Source of the DNA: Candidatus Cohnella colombiensis
GTDB lineage: Bacteria; Bacillota; Bacilli; Paenibacillales; Paenibacillaceae
Direction: 5' to 3'
DNA length: 64,000 nucleotides
NCBI GenBank assembly: GCA_029203125.1
Contig: CP119317.1
Coordinates: 1,704,261 to 1,768,260, forward strand
Part shown: positions 44,937-53,001 of the stretch, one piece after another
Layout of the letters: each line of letters opens with the position of its first letter
Position numbering within the stretch: the first letter of the stretch is position 1
Translations under genes and position numbers: made by a program
Notes under the pieces: generated by a model
What the model was told of the DNA's origin: nothing
The model's input: only the letters and a program-made list of their open reading frames with translations
Databases searched by the model: none

Positions 44937-45497
44937 TCAGACGATCACGCGGTAGTGAAGATGAACAACGCCGCCTTGGAAGCGGCGCTCACCAAGCAGC
45001 TCGAGACGCATGCTGAGGTTGTCCGGCAATGCTCGCTTCCCTCTACCCAAGACAATCGGATTAAGAAGCAGATGACACTCGTCGATTAGTCCCGCGCTCA
45101 TCGCCTGCCCGGCAAGCTCGGGTCCGCCAATCGTAATGTCGGCTACAGAAGTCTCCTTAAGCATTCGGATCGCATTAGCATCGAATTCTCGCTCTATCCT
45201 GGTGCTGGCGCTTGACACTTCCTGAAGCGTCCGGGAATATACAATCTTCTCAGCCGCTCGCCAGGTCTGCGCGAATTCCTGCTTTATCTCCGGTTGATCA
45301 CCGCCGGCGTCAGCCGTCTCCCAGTACACCATGTTCTCGTAGAGCCGACGTCCGTATAGGTATGTGCCGATCGGTCGCAGGAAGCCAGTCCAGAACGCAT
45401 ACGTCTCGTCATTGGATATCCCCCAATCGAAATTGCCGCGCTCGTCCTCAATGTACCCGTCCAAAGATATGTTATTAGCGTAGATCAGTTTTGCCAT
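44937..45497 (-). CDS. dihydrofolate-reductase-like (RibD C-terminal domain) family protein
   Basis: MAKLIYANNISLDGYIED.. N-terminus with the ..GGPELAGQ.. and ..LLLNPIVLG.GK.. patterns. A GGAGGGAG RBS favours ATG 45497. Much more GC-rich than its surroundings. Confidence 0.75.
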   Translation of the reverse strand: MAKLIYANNISLDGYIEDERGNFDWGISNDETYAFWTGFLRPIGTYLYGRRLYENMVYWETADAGGDQPEIKQEFAQTWRAAEKIVYSRTLQEVSSASTRIEREFDANAIRMLKETSVADITIGGPELAGQAMSAGLIDECHLLLNPIVLGRGKRALPDNLSMRLELLGERRFQGGVVHLHYRVIV

Positions 45498-45566
45498 TTC
45501 AATAACTCCCTCCAATTATTAGTTCGTGTCGTTCACAGAAAACAGGCATGATTTCACCAGCATATT

Positions 45567-45749
45567 TTACTTATTCGATGCTGTATTCTCATATCCTTTG
45601 CTGTCTAAATAAAGAAACCAATCCAAATAATGTTGCAAATATTTAGTTGCGACGCCGTTAAAGCGATCCATCCACTTTTTTAAGCGGCTGTGGTAGAGCT
45701 GCTCACAGCCATAGGGACAATTGTGTCGTGAGAAAATGTACAATTGTCC
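45567..45749 (-). pseudogene. C-terminal remnant of an IS1595-family (ISXO2-like) transposase
   Basis: The minus-strand frame reads ..LYHSRLKKWMDRFNGVATKYLQHYLDWFLYLDSKGYENTASNK-stop. This resembles the conserved C-terminal tail of IS1595-type transposases (..LK.W...F.GV..KYLQ.YL.WF..). Only about 60 codons are open. Confidence 0.55.
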
Positions 45750-45756
45750 CTATGGC
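45708..45756. repeat. 17-bp perfect inverted repeat
   Basis: GCCATAGGGACAATTGT (45708-45724) and ACAATTGTCCCTATGGC (45740-45756), with a 15-nt loop. Sits at the point where the transposase remnant frame closes. Confidence 0.8.
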
Positions 45757-45835
45757 TATAGCCCATTTTACAAACCTTTAAATAGGCTAGTGCATAGAAT
45801 AATAAAACAAACAATTCTTGAGAGGAGAATGAATA

Positions 45836-46369
45836 TTGTACCGAAATTCATACCATTCATACCAATGGCATAATCCAATACATGACTATTGGTATAACAT
45901 CAATTGGAGGAATAATTGGAATCATAATTATTACAATGCGAACAACACCAATTGGTATCCTTATAATTTATCGGATTTTGGACAAAGACCTTTTGTGGTG
46001 AATATTGACCAAGCCACTAAGCAAAATAATACTTACCGCACTGCTATATGGACAGGGAAACACCTACAAGTGACCCTAATGAGTATTAATGTGGGAGAAG
46101 ACATTGGTTTAGAAGTTCATCCCACAACTGATCAATTCCTACGTATTGAAGAAGGACAGGGACTTGTACAGATGGGTGAAAGTAAAGATAATTTGAATTT
46201 TCAAGAAATGGCATGTGATGGCTATGCTATTATGGTACCCGCTGGAACATGGCACAATGTTACCAATATGGGGAATACCCCTCTAAAAATATACAGTATA
46301 TATGCGCCACCTCAGCATCCATATGGTACGGTACATGTAACAAAAGCGGATGCCATGTCCGCTGAATAA
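45836..46369 (+). CDS. cupin-domain protein with an Asn/Trp/Tyr/His-rich N-terminal low-complexity region
   Basis: The first 50 or so aa read MYRNSYHSYQWHNPIHDYWYNINWRNNWNHNYYNANNTNWYPYN. The cupin core has G.E.H and VPAGTWHNV. TTG start follows a GAGAGGAG RBS. Confidence 0.7.
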   Translation: MYRNSYHSYQWHNPIHDYWYNINWRNNWNHNYYNANNTNWYPYNLSDFGQRPFVVNIDQATKQNNTYRTAIWTGKHLQVTLMSINVGEDIGLEVHPTTDQFLRIEEGQGLVQMGESKDNLNFQEMACDGYAIMVPAGTWHNVTNMGNTPLKIYSIYAPPQHPYGTVHVTKADAMSAE

Positions 46370-46407
46370 GGTAAGGTCACCATGTAAATATAGTGGGAAA
46401 TCAAAAG

Positions 46408-46440
46408 AGAACCTGGATGAATTCCACCAGGTTCTTTAAT
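46408..46440 (+). terminator. rho-independent terminator
   Basis: AGAACCTGG / CCAGGTTCT stem followed by a T-rich tail. Confidence 0.7.
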
Positions 46441-46616
46441 ATGAGTGCTACTACAACATAATAATCCCCTTAAAACAAAGTATATTGTTGAAATTTCTGA
46501 GTATATTTGCTATATTTCGACAAGGGTATATGGAAAAACTGTGCAATAATACTGAATCTATTATTTCATTCAGTTGGTCCGTATGAATGCATCATCATTT
46601 GATTAGGGGGATTACA

Positions 46617-47357
46617 TTGGAAACAGTAGTTAACGAAGTTGAAGTAGGCAAGCCTAAGAAAAGGATCGACGAGTGGCTTGAATTGATCATTGTTATTATG
46701 CTCGGTGTTACTGCACTTTTCACGGCGTGGGCTACCTGGATTGGCGGTTTGCATGGAGGCAATCAAGCTGCTAATTTTGCGAAAGCGAACAACATGTCGG
46801 CAGATGGGAATTCGCGCTGGAATGAAGCCTCTCAGTCGTTGATGAAAGACTACATCACCTACAATGAAATGAACAGCATGGAGATCGACATGGCTTATGC
46901 AAATAAGCGTGGCGATAATGAAGAAGTGGATCGTCTCGAATGGAAGATCGAAGAGATGAGAGCGGCGAACATGAGCGAAGAATTCCAGGAAGCGTATGCA
47001 TGGGCAATTGCACAGTCAAATGAAACAGGAGTACTCGTAACGCCATTCGACAAGGAAGGCTACACCGATTCCTACTATACGGATGCGCAATCCGTATTAA
47101 ATGATGCAGAGGTTGCTATGGATCAAGGCGAGAAAGACATGGCGAACGGCGATAAATACGGTCTCGTAACAGTCATCTATACGGTCGTCTTATTCGTACT
47201 CGGTATCGTAAGTACGTTTAAAGGTAGAAGCAATCGAGTGGCACTCACCGTTGTTGCACTTTTTGCATTCGTCATTTCGACGATCTACATGCTGACGGTG
47301 CCAATGCCCTCAGGTTTTGACCTGATTTCCTACATTACAGGCAGCAGTGGCGACTGA
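46617..47357 (+). CDS. hypothetical membrane protein (one N-terminal and two C-terminal TM helices)
   Basis: ORF 46587..47357. TTG 46617 after AGGGGG is preferred as the start. No motif recognised. Confidence 0.5.
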   Translation: METVVNEVEVGKPKKRIDEWLELIIVIMLGVTALFTAWATWIGGLHGGNQAANFAKANNMSADGNSRWNEASQSLMKDYITYNEMNSMEIDMAYANKRGDNEEVDRLEWKIEEMRAANMSEEFQEAYAWAIAQSNETGVLVTPFDKEGYTDSYYTDAQSVLNDAEVAMDQGEKDMANGDKYGLVTVIYTVVLFVLGIVSTFKGRSNRVALTVVALFAFVISTIYMLTVPMPSGFDLISYITGSSGD

Positions 47358-47370
47358 TTTAATTATGATG

Positions 47371-47411
47371 AAAAGGTAGATGTTCGATTAACTCGAACAT
47401 CTACCTTTTTT
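47371..47411. terminator. bidirectional terminator
   Basis: AAAAGGTAGATGTTCGA / TCGAACATCTACCTTTT stem, flanked by an A-run and a T-run. Confidence 0.85.
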
Positions 47412-47420
47412 AATACATTA

Positions 47421-47843
47421 TTATTTACCTTCTTGAACGAACTTCTCTATACGTTCTTTGATGGCATCACGAACCGCGCGGAATTGTTCCATAATTTCTT
47501 CTTCAGTACCTGTTGCTTTAGCAGGATCGTCGAATCCCCAGTGCCATTTAATGACGTTAGGGTTAGAGATCACTGGACAGTGCTCATCGGCGTGCCCACA
47601 CAACGTGATCACGTATGTTGCCCGATTCAGGATCTCCGGATCGATGACGTTCGATGTGTTATTAGAGATATCTACACCGGCTTCGGACATGACTTTAACC
47701 GCGCGAGGATTCAACCCATGGGCTTCTAATCCAGCGCTTTGCACTTCATAGAGGTGACCGCCTATCTCATTCATAAATCCATCCGCCATCTGACTCCGAC
47801 AAGAATTGCCTGTACATAAGAAATACACGAGTTTTTTATCCAC
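47421..47843 (-). CDS. arsC: arsenate reductase, thioredoxin-coupled LMW-PTP type
   Basis: CTGNSCRS P-loop and a downstream Cys pair ([10 protein letters not shown]); 140 aa. Last gene of the ars operon. Confidence 0.92.
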   Translation of the reverse strand: MDKKLVYFLCTGNSCRSQMADGFMNEIGGHLYEVQSAGLEAHGLNPRAVKVMSEAGVDISNNTSNVIDPEILNRATYVITLCGHADEHCPVISNPNVIKWHWGFDDPAKATGTEEEIMEQFRAVRDAIKERIEKFVQEGK

Positions 47844-47873
47844 GATTGAAAGTCTCCTTTAAATTTAGCGTAA

Positions 47874-49166
47874 CTAGCCGATGAATTTTAACCAGAAGTA
47901 GAGGCCCGTGAGCGTAAGGAACAGCACAGGAATAGTTAGAACAATTCCTATTTTGAAGTAGTAACCCCAAGTGATTTTGACACCCTTAGAAGATAACACA
48001 TGAAGCCAGAGCAATGTGGCTAATGATCCAATCGGTGTGAGCTTTGGTCCCAAATCAGATCCAATGACATTGGCATAAATAAATGCTTCTCGGACTATGC
48101 CGGTTGCATCTGTTCCTTGAATGGCCAGCGCATCAATCATAACTGTAGGCATATTGTTCATGATAGAAGAGAGGATAGCTGCAATAAAACCAGAACCAAC
48201 CGTAGCAACGAAGAGTCCTTGATCTCCTACCCATTCGAACACTTTACCGAGTTGATCGGTAAGCCCGACATTGCGTAAGCCGTAAACGACAACATACATA
48301 CCGATAGAAAATACAACAACTGCCCAAGGTGCTCCTTTTACAAGCTTCCAAGTGTGAATTTCCTTGCTTTGTCTAGCGAGAAAAAGAAATGCAATCGCTA
48401 CAACACCCGCAATAATGGACACTGGAACATTGGTAATTTCGCTTGAAAGGTAAGCAATCAGAAGTACCGCTAAGATGACCCAAGAAATCCGAAATAGTCG
48501 AACATCTTTAATGGCTTCACTTGGCTTTTTCAACTGAGTCAGGTCATAGTTCTTTGGAATACTTTTACGGAACATGAGATATAAGACCAATAAGCTTGAA
48601 GCAATAGCAAAGAGTGTAGGCACAATCATCCGACTGGCGTATTCCACAAATCCGATATCGAAAAAGTCGGAGGATACAATGTTAACTAGATTACTCACCA
48701 CGAGTGGAAGGGAAGCCGTATCTGAAATGAATCCACTCGCCATGATGAATGGCAAAATCATTCTTTGGTCAAACTTTAAAGCTCTTACCATGGCGAGGAC
48801 AATGGGGGTTAAAATCAATGCTGCTCCGTCATTGGCGAAGAAAGCCACTACAGCTGCTCCAAGTAAAATGACATAAACAAACATCAAATTTCCGTTACCT
48901 CTCGCAAATCGGGCCATATGAAGAGCTGCCCATTCAAAGAATCCTATCTCATCTAGAATAAGAGATATTAATATGATGGCAACAAAGGCCAACGTAGCGT
49001 TCCAAACAATCTGAGTGACATCCCAAACATCGTCAAAGTTAACGACCCCGACAAGGAGAGCAAGGATTGCGCCACCGCATGCTGACCAACCAATGTTAAG
49101 TCCTTTAGGCTGCCAGATAACAAATACGAGAGTTACTAAAAAAATGAGTGAAGCGATCGTTAACAT
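47874..49166 (-). CDS. arsB: arsenite/antimonite efflux pump ArsB
   Basis: 430 aa, 12 TM helices. Colinear with E. coli ArsB as I remember it ([45 protein letters not shown]). Confidence 0.92.
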   Translation of the reverse strand: MLTIASLIFLVTLVFVIWQPKGLNIGWSACGGAILALLVGVVNFDDVWDVTQIVWNATLAFVAIILISLILDEIGFFEWAALHMARFARGNGNLMFVYVILLGAAVVAFFANDGAALILTPIVLAMVRALKFDQRMILPFIMASGFISDTASLPLVVSNLVNIVSSDFFDIGFVEYASRMIVPTLFAIASSLLVLYLMFRKSIPKNYDLTQLKKPSEAIKDVRLFRISWVILAVLLIAYLSSEITNVPVSIIAGVVAIAFLFLARQSKEIHTWKLVKGAPWAVVVFSIGMYVVVYGLRNVGLTDQLGKVFEWVGDQGLFVATVGSGFIAAILSSIMNNMPTVMIDALAIQGTDATGIVREAFIYANVIGSDLGPKLTPIGSLATLLWLHVLSSKGVKITWGYYFKIGIVLTIPVLFLTLTGLYFWLKFIG

Positions 49167-49179
49167 AAATCCTCCAGGT

Positions 49180-49494
49180 TCAGTCGCAGCTTTGTGAGCT
49201 TAATGCGTTTATTCTATCTTTCATTGAAGGGAGATGCGCAAGGATTTCATTTAAATAGGGCTTGTCATCAAAATTCAATGAATAATAAACCCACTGCCGA
49301 CGCTTGGTTTCGTTAATAAGGCCACCCGTTTTAAGTTTCTTTAAGTGCTGACTGACGTTAGGCTGTGTAGTATCCAAGATCTGGACAATGTCACAAACAC
49401 ACATTTCTTGTTCTTTAAGTAGGGCAAGGATGGTCAATCTACTCTTGTCGGAGAGGAGTTTAAGGGATTCCAGCATTTCGTCGACATTGGTCAT
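49180..49494 (-). CDS. arsR: arsenic-responsive repressor ArsR
   Basis: wHTH with an EMCVCDI As(III)-binding motif. First gene of arsRBC. Confidence 0.9.
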   Translation of the reverse strand: MTNVDEMLESLKLLSDKSRLTILALLKEQEMCVCDIVQILDTTQPNVSQHLKKLKTGGLINETKRRQWVYYSLNFDDKPYLNEILAHLPSMKDRINALSSQSCD

Positions 49495-49680
49495 GATAAC
49501 TTAACTCCTTTCATCGTATCTAATTAAACTAATGCCTATTATACACTTTCAATTATATAAGTCATTTGTTATATCAGTGTTAACTTATATCGATAAATCA
49601 AAAAACACGACTCAAATTTTTATTGATAATAGAAATAACCGTACGATATGTATCGCGTGTGGAAATCTGTATGTTATTGT

Positions 49681-49719
49681 CAGCAATTATTGTGTACACT
49701 TGAATCAGGAGGCGATTTA
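49681..49719 (+). repeat. copy 1 of a 39-bp direct repeat (the ydeI-like gene leader)
   Basis: CAGCAATTATTGTGTACACTTGAATCAGGAGGCGATTTA recurs at 57168-57206 with one mismatch. Confidence 0.9.
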
Positions 49720-49720
49720 A

Positions 49721-50305
49721 GTGGTAAATAAATCAAGTGACTTGCCAGTTATGTCCTTTGCCGATCAACTGTCTTTTGAGAGTTGGCTCTATAGTAATTG
49801 TGATACTTCACCCGGCATCCGATTACAGATTGCGAAAAAAAATTCTGGTGTGGTTACCGTATCTTACGATGAAGCGCTTGAAAGTGCATTGTGTTACGGA
49901 TGGGTTGACAGCCAGAAGGAAAAGTTTGATGAAAAAATGTGGGTTCAACGATTTACACCGCGTAGGGCCAATAGCATCTGGTCGAAAGTAAATAAAGACA
50001 AAGCAGAGCTTCTCATTACAAATGGAAGAATGAAGCCCTCTGGGTTCAATGCGATTGAAGTTGCCAAAAAGAATGGTCAATGGGATAAAGCCTACGAATC
50101 GCAAAGTATCGCTTCTATACCTGAGGATTTCGCAATTGAACTTGAGCGTAATGTCAAAGCTAAGGCATTTTATGATACGTTGAATAGCCAAAATAAATAT
50201 GCAATCCTGTTCAGAATCCATAATGTCAAGAAGCAAGAAACCCGGGCGAAACGAATTCAACAGTTTGTAGCGATGCTTGAAAAAGGTGAAAAAATATATC
50301 CCTAA
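49721..50305 (+). CDS. YdeI/OmpD-associated family protein
   Basis: Pattern ..ALCYGWVDSQKE...QRFTPRRANSIWSKVN... typical of the YdeI family. GTG start follows AGGAGG. Confidence 0.7.
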   Translation: MVNKSSDLPVMSFADQLSFESWLYSNCDTSPGIRLQIAKKNSGVVTVSYDEALESALCYGWVDSQKEKFDEKMWVQRFTPRRANSIWSKVNKDKAELLITNGRMKPSGFNAIEVAKKNGQWDKAYESQSIASIPEDFAIELERNVKAKAFYDTLNSQNKYAILFRIHNVKKQETRAKRIQQFVAMLEKGEKIYP

Positions 50306-50508
50306 TCAGTCCCGCGCAAATGACGATCGCATTGGCCTTCGAGAGCCGAGAAAAGGTGGATGAAATCGTGAATACTGCGGTGTCCTTGGGCGGGAAATCG
50401 TACGAAGAACCAGAGGATTATGGATTCATGTATCATTGGGCTTTCGAGGACTTGGACGGCCATATGTGGGCAATCAACTACATAAACACGGATGCAACTC
50501 AAGGTTAA
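50306..50508 (+). pseudogene. truncated VOC (glyoxalase/bleomycin-resistance fold) gene; only the C-terminal half remains
   Basis: ..IALAFESREKVDEIVNTAVSLGGKSYEEPEDYGFMYHWAFEDLDGHMWAINY.. is a single beta-alpha-beta-beta-beta module. The frame opens only at 50290, directly after the ydeI-like stop. There is no RBS and no N-terminal module. Confidence 0.6.
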
Positions 50509-50604
50509 GGATAACGGAGAGCGCACTCATACATATCCCTAATAAGCGATGAATCAGAGATTAGGAAACTAATTTATTAAGTCATTCTTGATAGGAGAAG
50601 TCCT

Positions 50605-51048
50605 ATGAAAGGAATAATCGGAGCCATACTTATTTATGTTACCTATATTTTCGCAGGATTAATTATGGATACATATCCATTTAAGAATTATCAAGATATG
50701 AGTACTGACGGATCATTAAATTATTTTTTCATTATTAATTCCATTCTATTTGGGCTTCTATATTTATCTGCAAAAATAATCAATAAATATAAAGGGGTTT
50801 CTGGAATCCTTATGTTTATTGCATGGTATCTATTATCTACTGTATACGGTATTTTACATATGAAAAAAGAGTTTGACTTATACCATTCAGATGATTGGAG
50901 GGGTTTTTTTGGTTGGGAATTTGCATTGTGGGAAGTGAAAGTGCCAGTTTATATAGGTGTCGCGCAATTAATTTTTATAGTTGGTCATTTCATAATTAAA
51001 ATTTTCTTGGAATCATGGAATTCTAGAAACAAGTCTAGCAACAGATAG
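50605..51048 (+). CDS. hypothetical four-TM membrane protein
   Basis: 147-aa ORF, very AT-rich. AGGAGAAG RBS. Confidence 0.5.
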   Translation: MKGIIGAILIYVTYIFAGLIMDTYPFKNYQDMSTDGSLNYFFIINSILFGLLYLSAKIINKYKGVSGILMFIAWYLLSTVYGILHMKKEFDLYHSDDWRGFFGWEFALWEVKVPVYIGVAQLIFIVGHFIIKIFLESWNSRNKSSNR

Positions 51049-51051
51049 AAA

Positions 51052-51378
51052 TTAACTTCTAGGTGCCCAAAGCATGATTGAAACACCGACAACGCAAACA
51101 GCGGCACCAATCCAGTCGTATAGATCAGGAGTTCTTTTATCGACCAGCCATCCCCATAAAACGGCCAGAACTACGAATACACCGCCATATGCAGCATAGA
51201 CCCTACCGAAAGAGGGGAAGCTCTGCCAAGTTGGGATAATTCCATACAGGATCAGAGTAGCACCACCTACAATTCCATACCAGAAGGGCTTTGATTCTCT
51301 CAGCCAAAGCCAAACTAGATAACCCCCACCAATTTCAGCTATTCCTGCGATTATGAAAATTATAATCGATAATAACAA
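51052..51378 (-). CDS. ynfA: YnfA family (UPF0060) small membrane protein
   Basis: 108 aa, four TM helices. Shares GRVYAAYGGV and LYDW.GA with E. coli YnfA. TTG start lies 8 nt after AAGGAG. Confidence 0.88.
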   Translation of the reverse strand: MLLSIIIFIIAGIAEIGGGYLVWLWLRESKPFWYGIVGGATLILYGIIPTWQSFPSFGRVYAAYGGVFVVLAVLWGWLVDKRTPDLYDWIGAAVCVVGVSIMLWAPRS

Positions 51379-51394
51379 TTGTATTTCTCCTTTT

Positions 51395-51790
51395 CTAAGT
51401 ACAAGTACCCGTATTCTTTATTTTTGTCGCGCATTCTGACCAAGTAAGACACTTACAGCTTAAGCCATCATCTAGTATTTGAATCATAGAATTGATCTGC
51501 TTTTTTCTCTCCTCAAGCTCAGTGCGTTTATTTCGGGCCATTTGTTCCCAATTCACTGATGTAGGCATCGTTTCGAATCCTTCGAGAAGTACCAAGATTT
51601 CTTGTATCGTAAAGCCAGTTTGCTGTGCAATCTTAATGAAATTGATTCGTTCTACCTGGCTTTCGGCATAACGACGTTGACCTTTTTTTCTCTCAGGAGA
51701 GGGAAGTAATCCTGCAGTTTCGTAAAATCGAATCGCGGATGCATTAATTCCAACTAGAGCTGCTAGTTGCCCAATACTAAGACTTGTCAA
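51395..51790 (-). CDS. MerR-family regulator, SoxR-like (partial Fe-S Cys motif)
   Basis: HTH ..IGQLAALVGINASAIRFYETAGLLPSPERKKGQRRY..FIKIAQQTGF.. resembles SoxR. The C-terminus has C-K-C-LTWSE-C (CxCx5C) plus one distal Cys. TTG start follows GAGGTG. Confidence 0.75.
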   Translation of the reverse strand: MTSLSIGQLAALVGINASAIRFYETAGLLPSPERKKGQRRYAESQVERINFIKIAQQTGFTIQEILVLLEGFETMPTSVNWEQMARNKRTELEERKKQINSMIQILDDGLSCKCLTWSECATKIKNTGTCT

Positions 51791-51805
51791 AGTTAATCAC
51801 CTCTG

Positions 51806-51836
51806 TTGACTTAAAGTTAACTTGAAGTATTATAAT
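51806..51836 (+). promoter_or_regulatory. MerR-type promoter with a 19-bp spacer containing a soxbox-like palindrome
   Basis: TTGACT (51806-51811), a 19-bp spacer, then TATAAT (51831-51836). The palindrome CTTAAAGTT|AACTTGAAG (51810-51827) has one mismatch. Confidence 0.8.
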
Positions 51837-51860
51837 CAAAATTATACGAGGGAGGAGGTA

Positions 51861-52109
51861 ATGAAGCAAATGAAAAGAGGAATTGCTGTTCTTGGAATTC
51901 TAGGAGCGTGTGCGCTCTGTTGTGCTATACCCTTGATTGGAGGGGCAGCCGTATTAGGTATTTCTTCTTTCTTTTTGAATCCGTTGGTCATCGCAATATT
52001 GGTTCTTTCCTTTATTATTGCAGGAATCGTAATTTATAAGCCACGTAAAGTAACTGGTTCTTCTTGCATGAAATCAGGATGCAACTGTAACTCCTGCTCG
52101 AAAGGGTAA
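51861..52109 (+). CDS. 82-aa two-TM cysteine-rich membrane protein (MerF/MerT-like CC-xx-P motif)
   Basis: MKQMKRGIAVLGILGACALCCAIPLIGG.. with a tail SSCMKSGCNCNSCSKG. A GGGAGGAGG RBS (51849-51857) favours ATG 51861 over the ORF-track start at 51822. Confidence 0.6.
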   Translation: MKQMKRGIAVLGILGACALCCAIPLIGGAAVLGISSFFLNPLVIAILVLSFIIAGIVIYKPRKVTGSSCMKSGCNCNSCSKG

Positions 52110-52124
52110 CTGATTGTTATACAC

Positions 52125-52880
52125 ATGATGTCAAAAATCGCACCTATAAACGACTACTTTTTGATAACTGCTCATGAACATTTTTCTCGGCTTCATCGGC
52201 TATTTAATTCACAGAATGAAAAGGGGAAAGAAAGGGTTGGGTTGGCACTATTGAAGAAAATATGGCTTTTCACGGTCTATGCGATTGCTGCATGGTTATT
52301 GATTATAAATCGGAAACCCCTTATCGGTTGGATGGAGTCAGAATCGTATTGGCAACAGAATATTCTAATCGTGCTGATCGGCCTGATTATTGCCATTGTT
52401 CCGGCTATACCCTATGGCCTGATGGCAGCTGTATTGGGGGCTAAATTCGGGCCGGTAACCGGAACAATTCTGAATGTTTTCATCTCAGCCGGGGCAGCTA
52501 TGATTCTATTTTTGCTCATTCGTCATACTTTTTCAGCAGAAGGAAGGGCACGGGCGGCCAAGATGAAAGGAATTCGTTATTTGACGGATTACACAGAACG
52601 AAATGCTTTTTTTTCTATCTTTTTTGCTCGAACAATTCCAATTGTGCCTGCCCAAGCGGTCAACATCTTTGCCGCAGTAACCCAGATTTCATGGGTTCCG
52701 TATTTACTCGCAACCGTTCTGGGCAAAATCCCATTTATCGTCATGGTGACATTGTTGGGAGATCGCTTTTTTCAGAATGCGGATCTTGGACAAATGATGA
52801 TAATAACAGGACCCTATGGAATTTTCATTATGCTTGTATTTGCTGGATATCGATTTTTTCAAAAATACCAATCGCGTTGA
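52125..52880 (+). CDS. TVP38/TMEM64 (VTT domain, DedA-related) membrane protein
   Basis: Multi-TM protein with the ..FFARTIPIVPAQAVNIFAAVT.. VTT-domain pattern. The start is uncertain, since the N-terminal 40 aa are hydrophilic. Confidence 0.7.
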   Translation: MMSKIAPINDYFLITAHEHFSRLHRLFNSQNEKGKERVGLALLKKIWLFTVYAIAAWLLIINRKPLIGWMESESYWQQNILIVLIGLIIAIVPAIPYGLMAAVLGAKFGPVTGTILNVFISAGAAMILFLLIRHTFSAEGRARAAKMKGIRYLTDYTERNAFFSIFFARTIPIVPAQAVNIFAAVTQISWVPYLLATVLGKIPFIVMVTLLGDRFFQNADLGQMMIITGPYGIFIMLVFAGYRFFQKYQSR

Positions 52881-53001
52881 CGTTACAATGGACGAAACAT
52901 ATATTTCTACTCTAAAGTCTATATATGGAGCTGGAACCATAGCGATTTTGGCAGTATCCTAAATGGAGATAAAACGAAAAAGTCTGAAAGGGATGTTTTA
53001 A

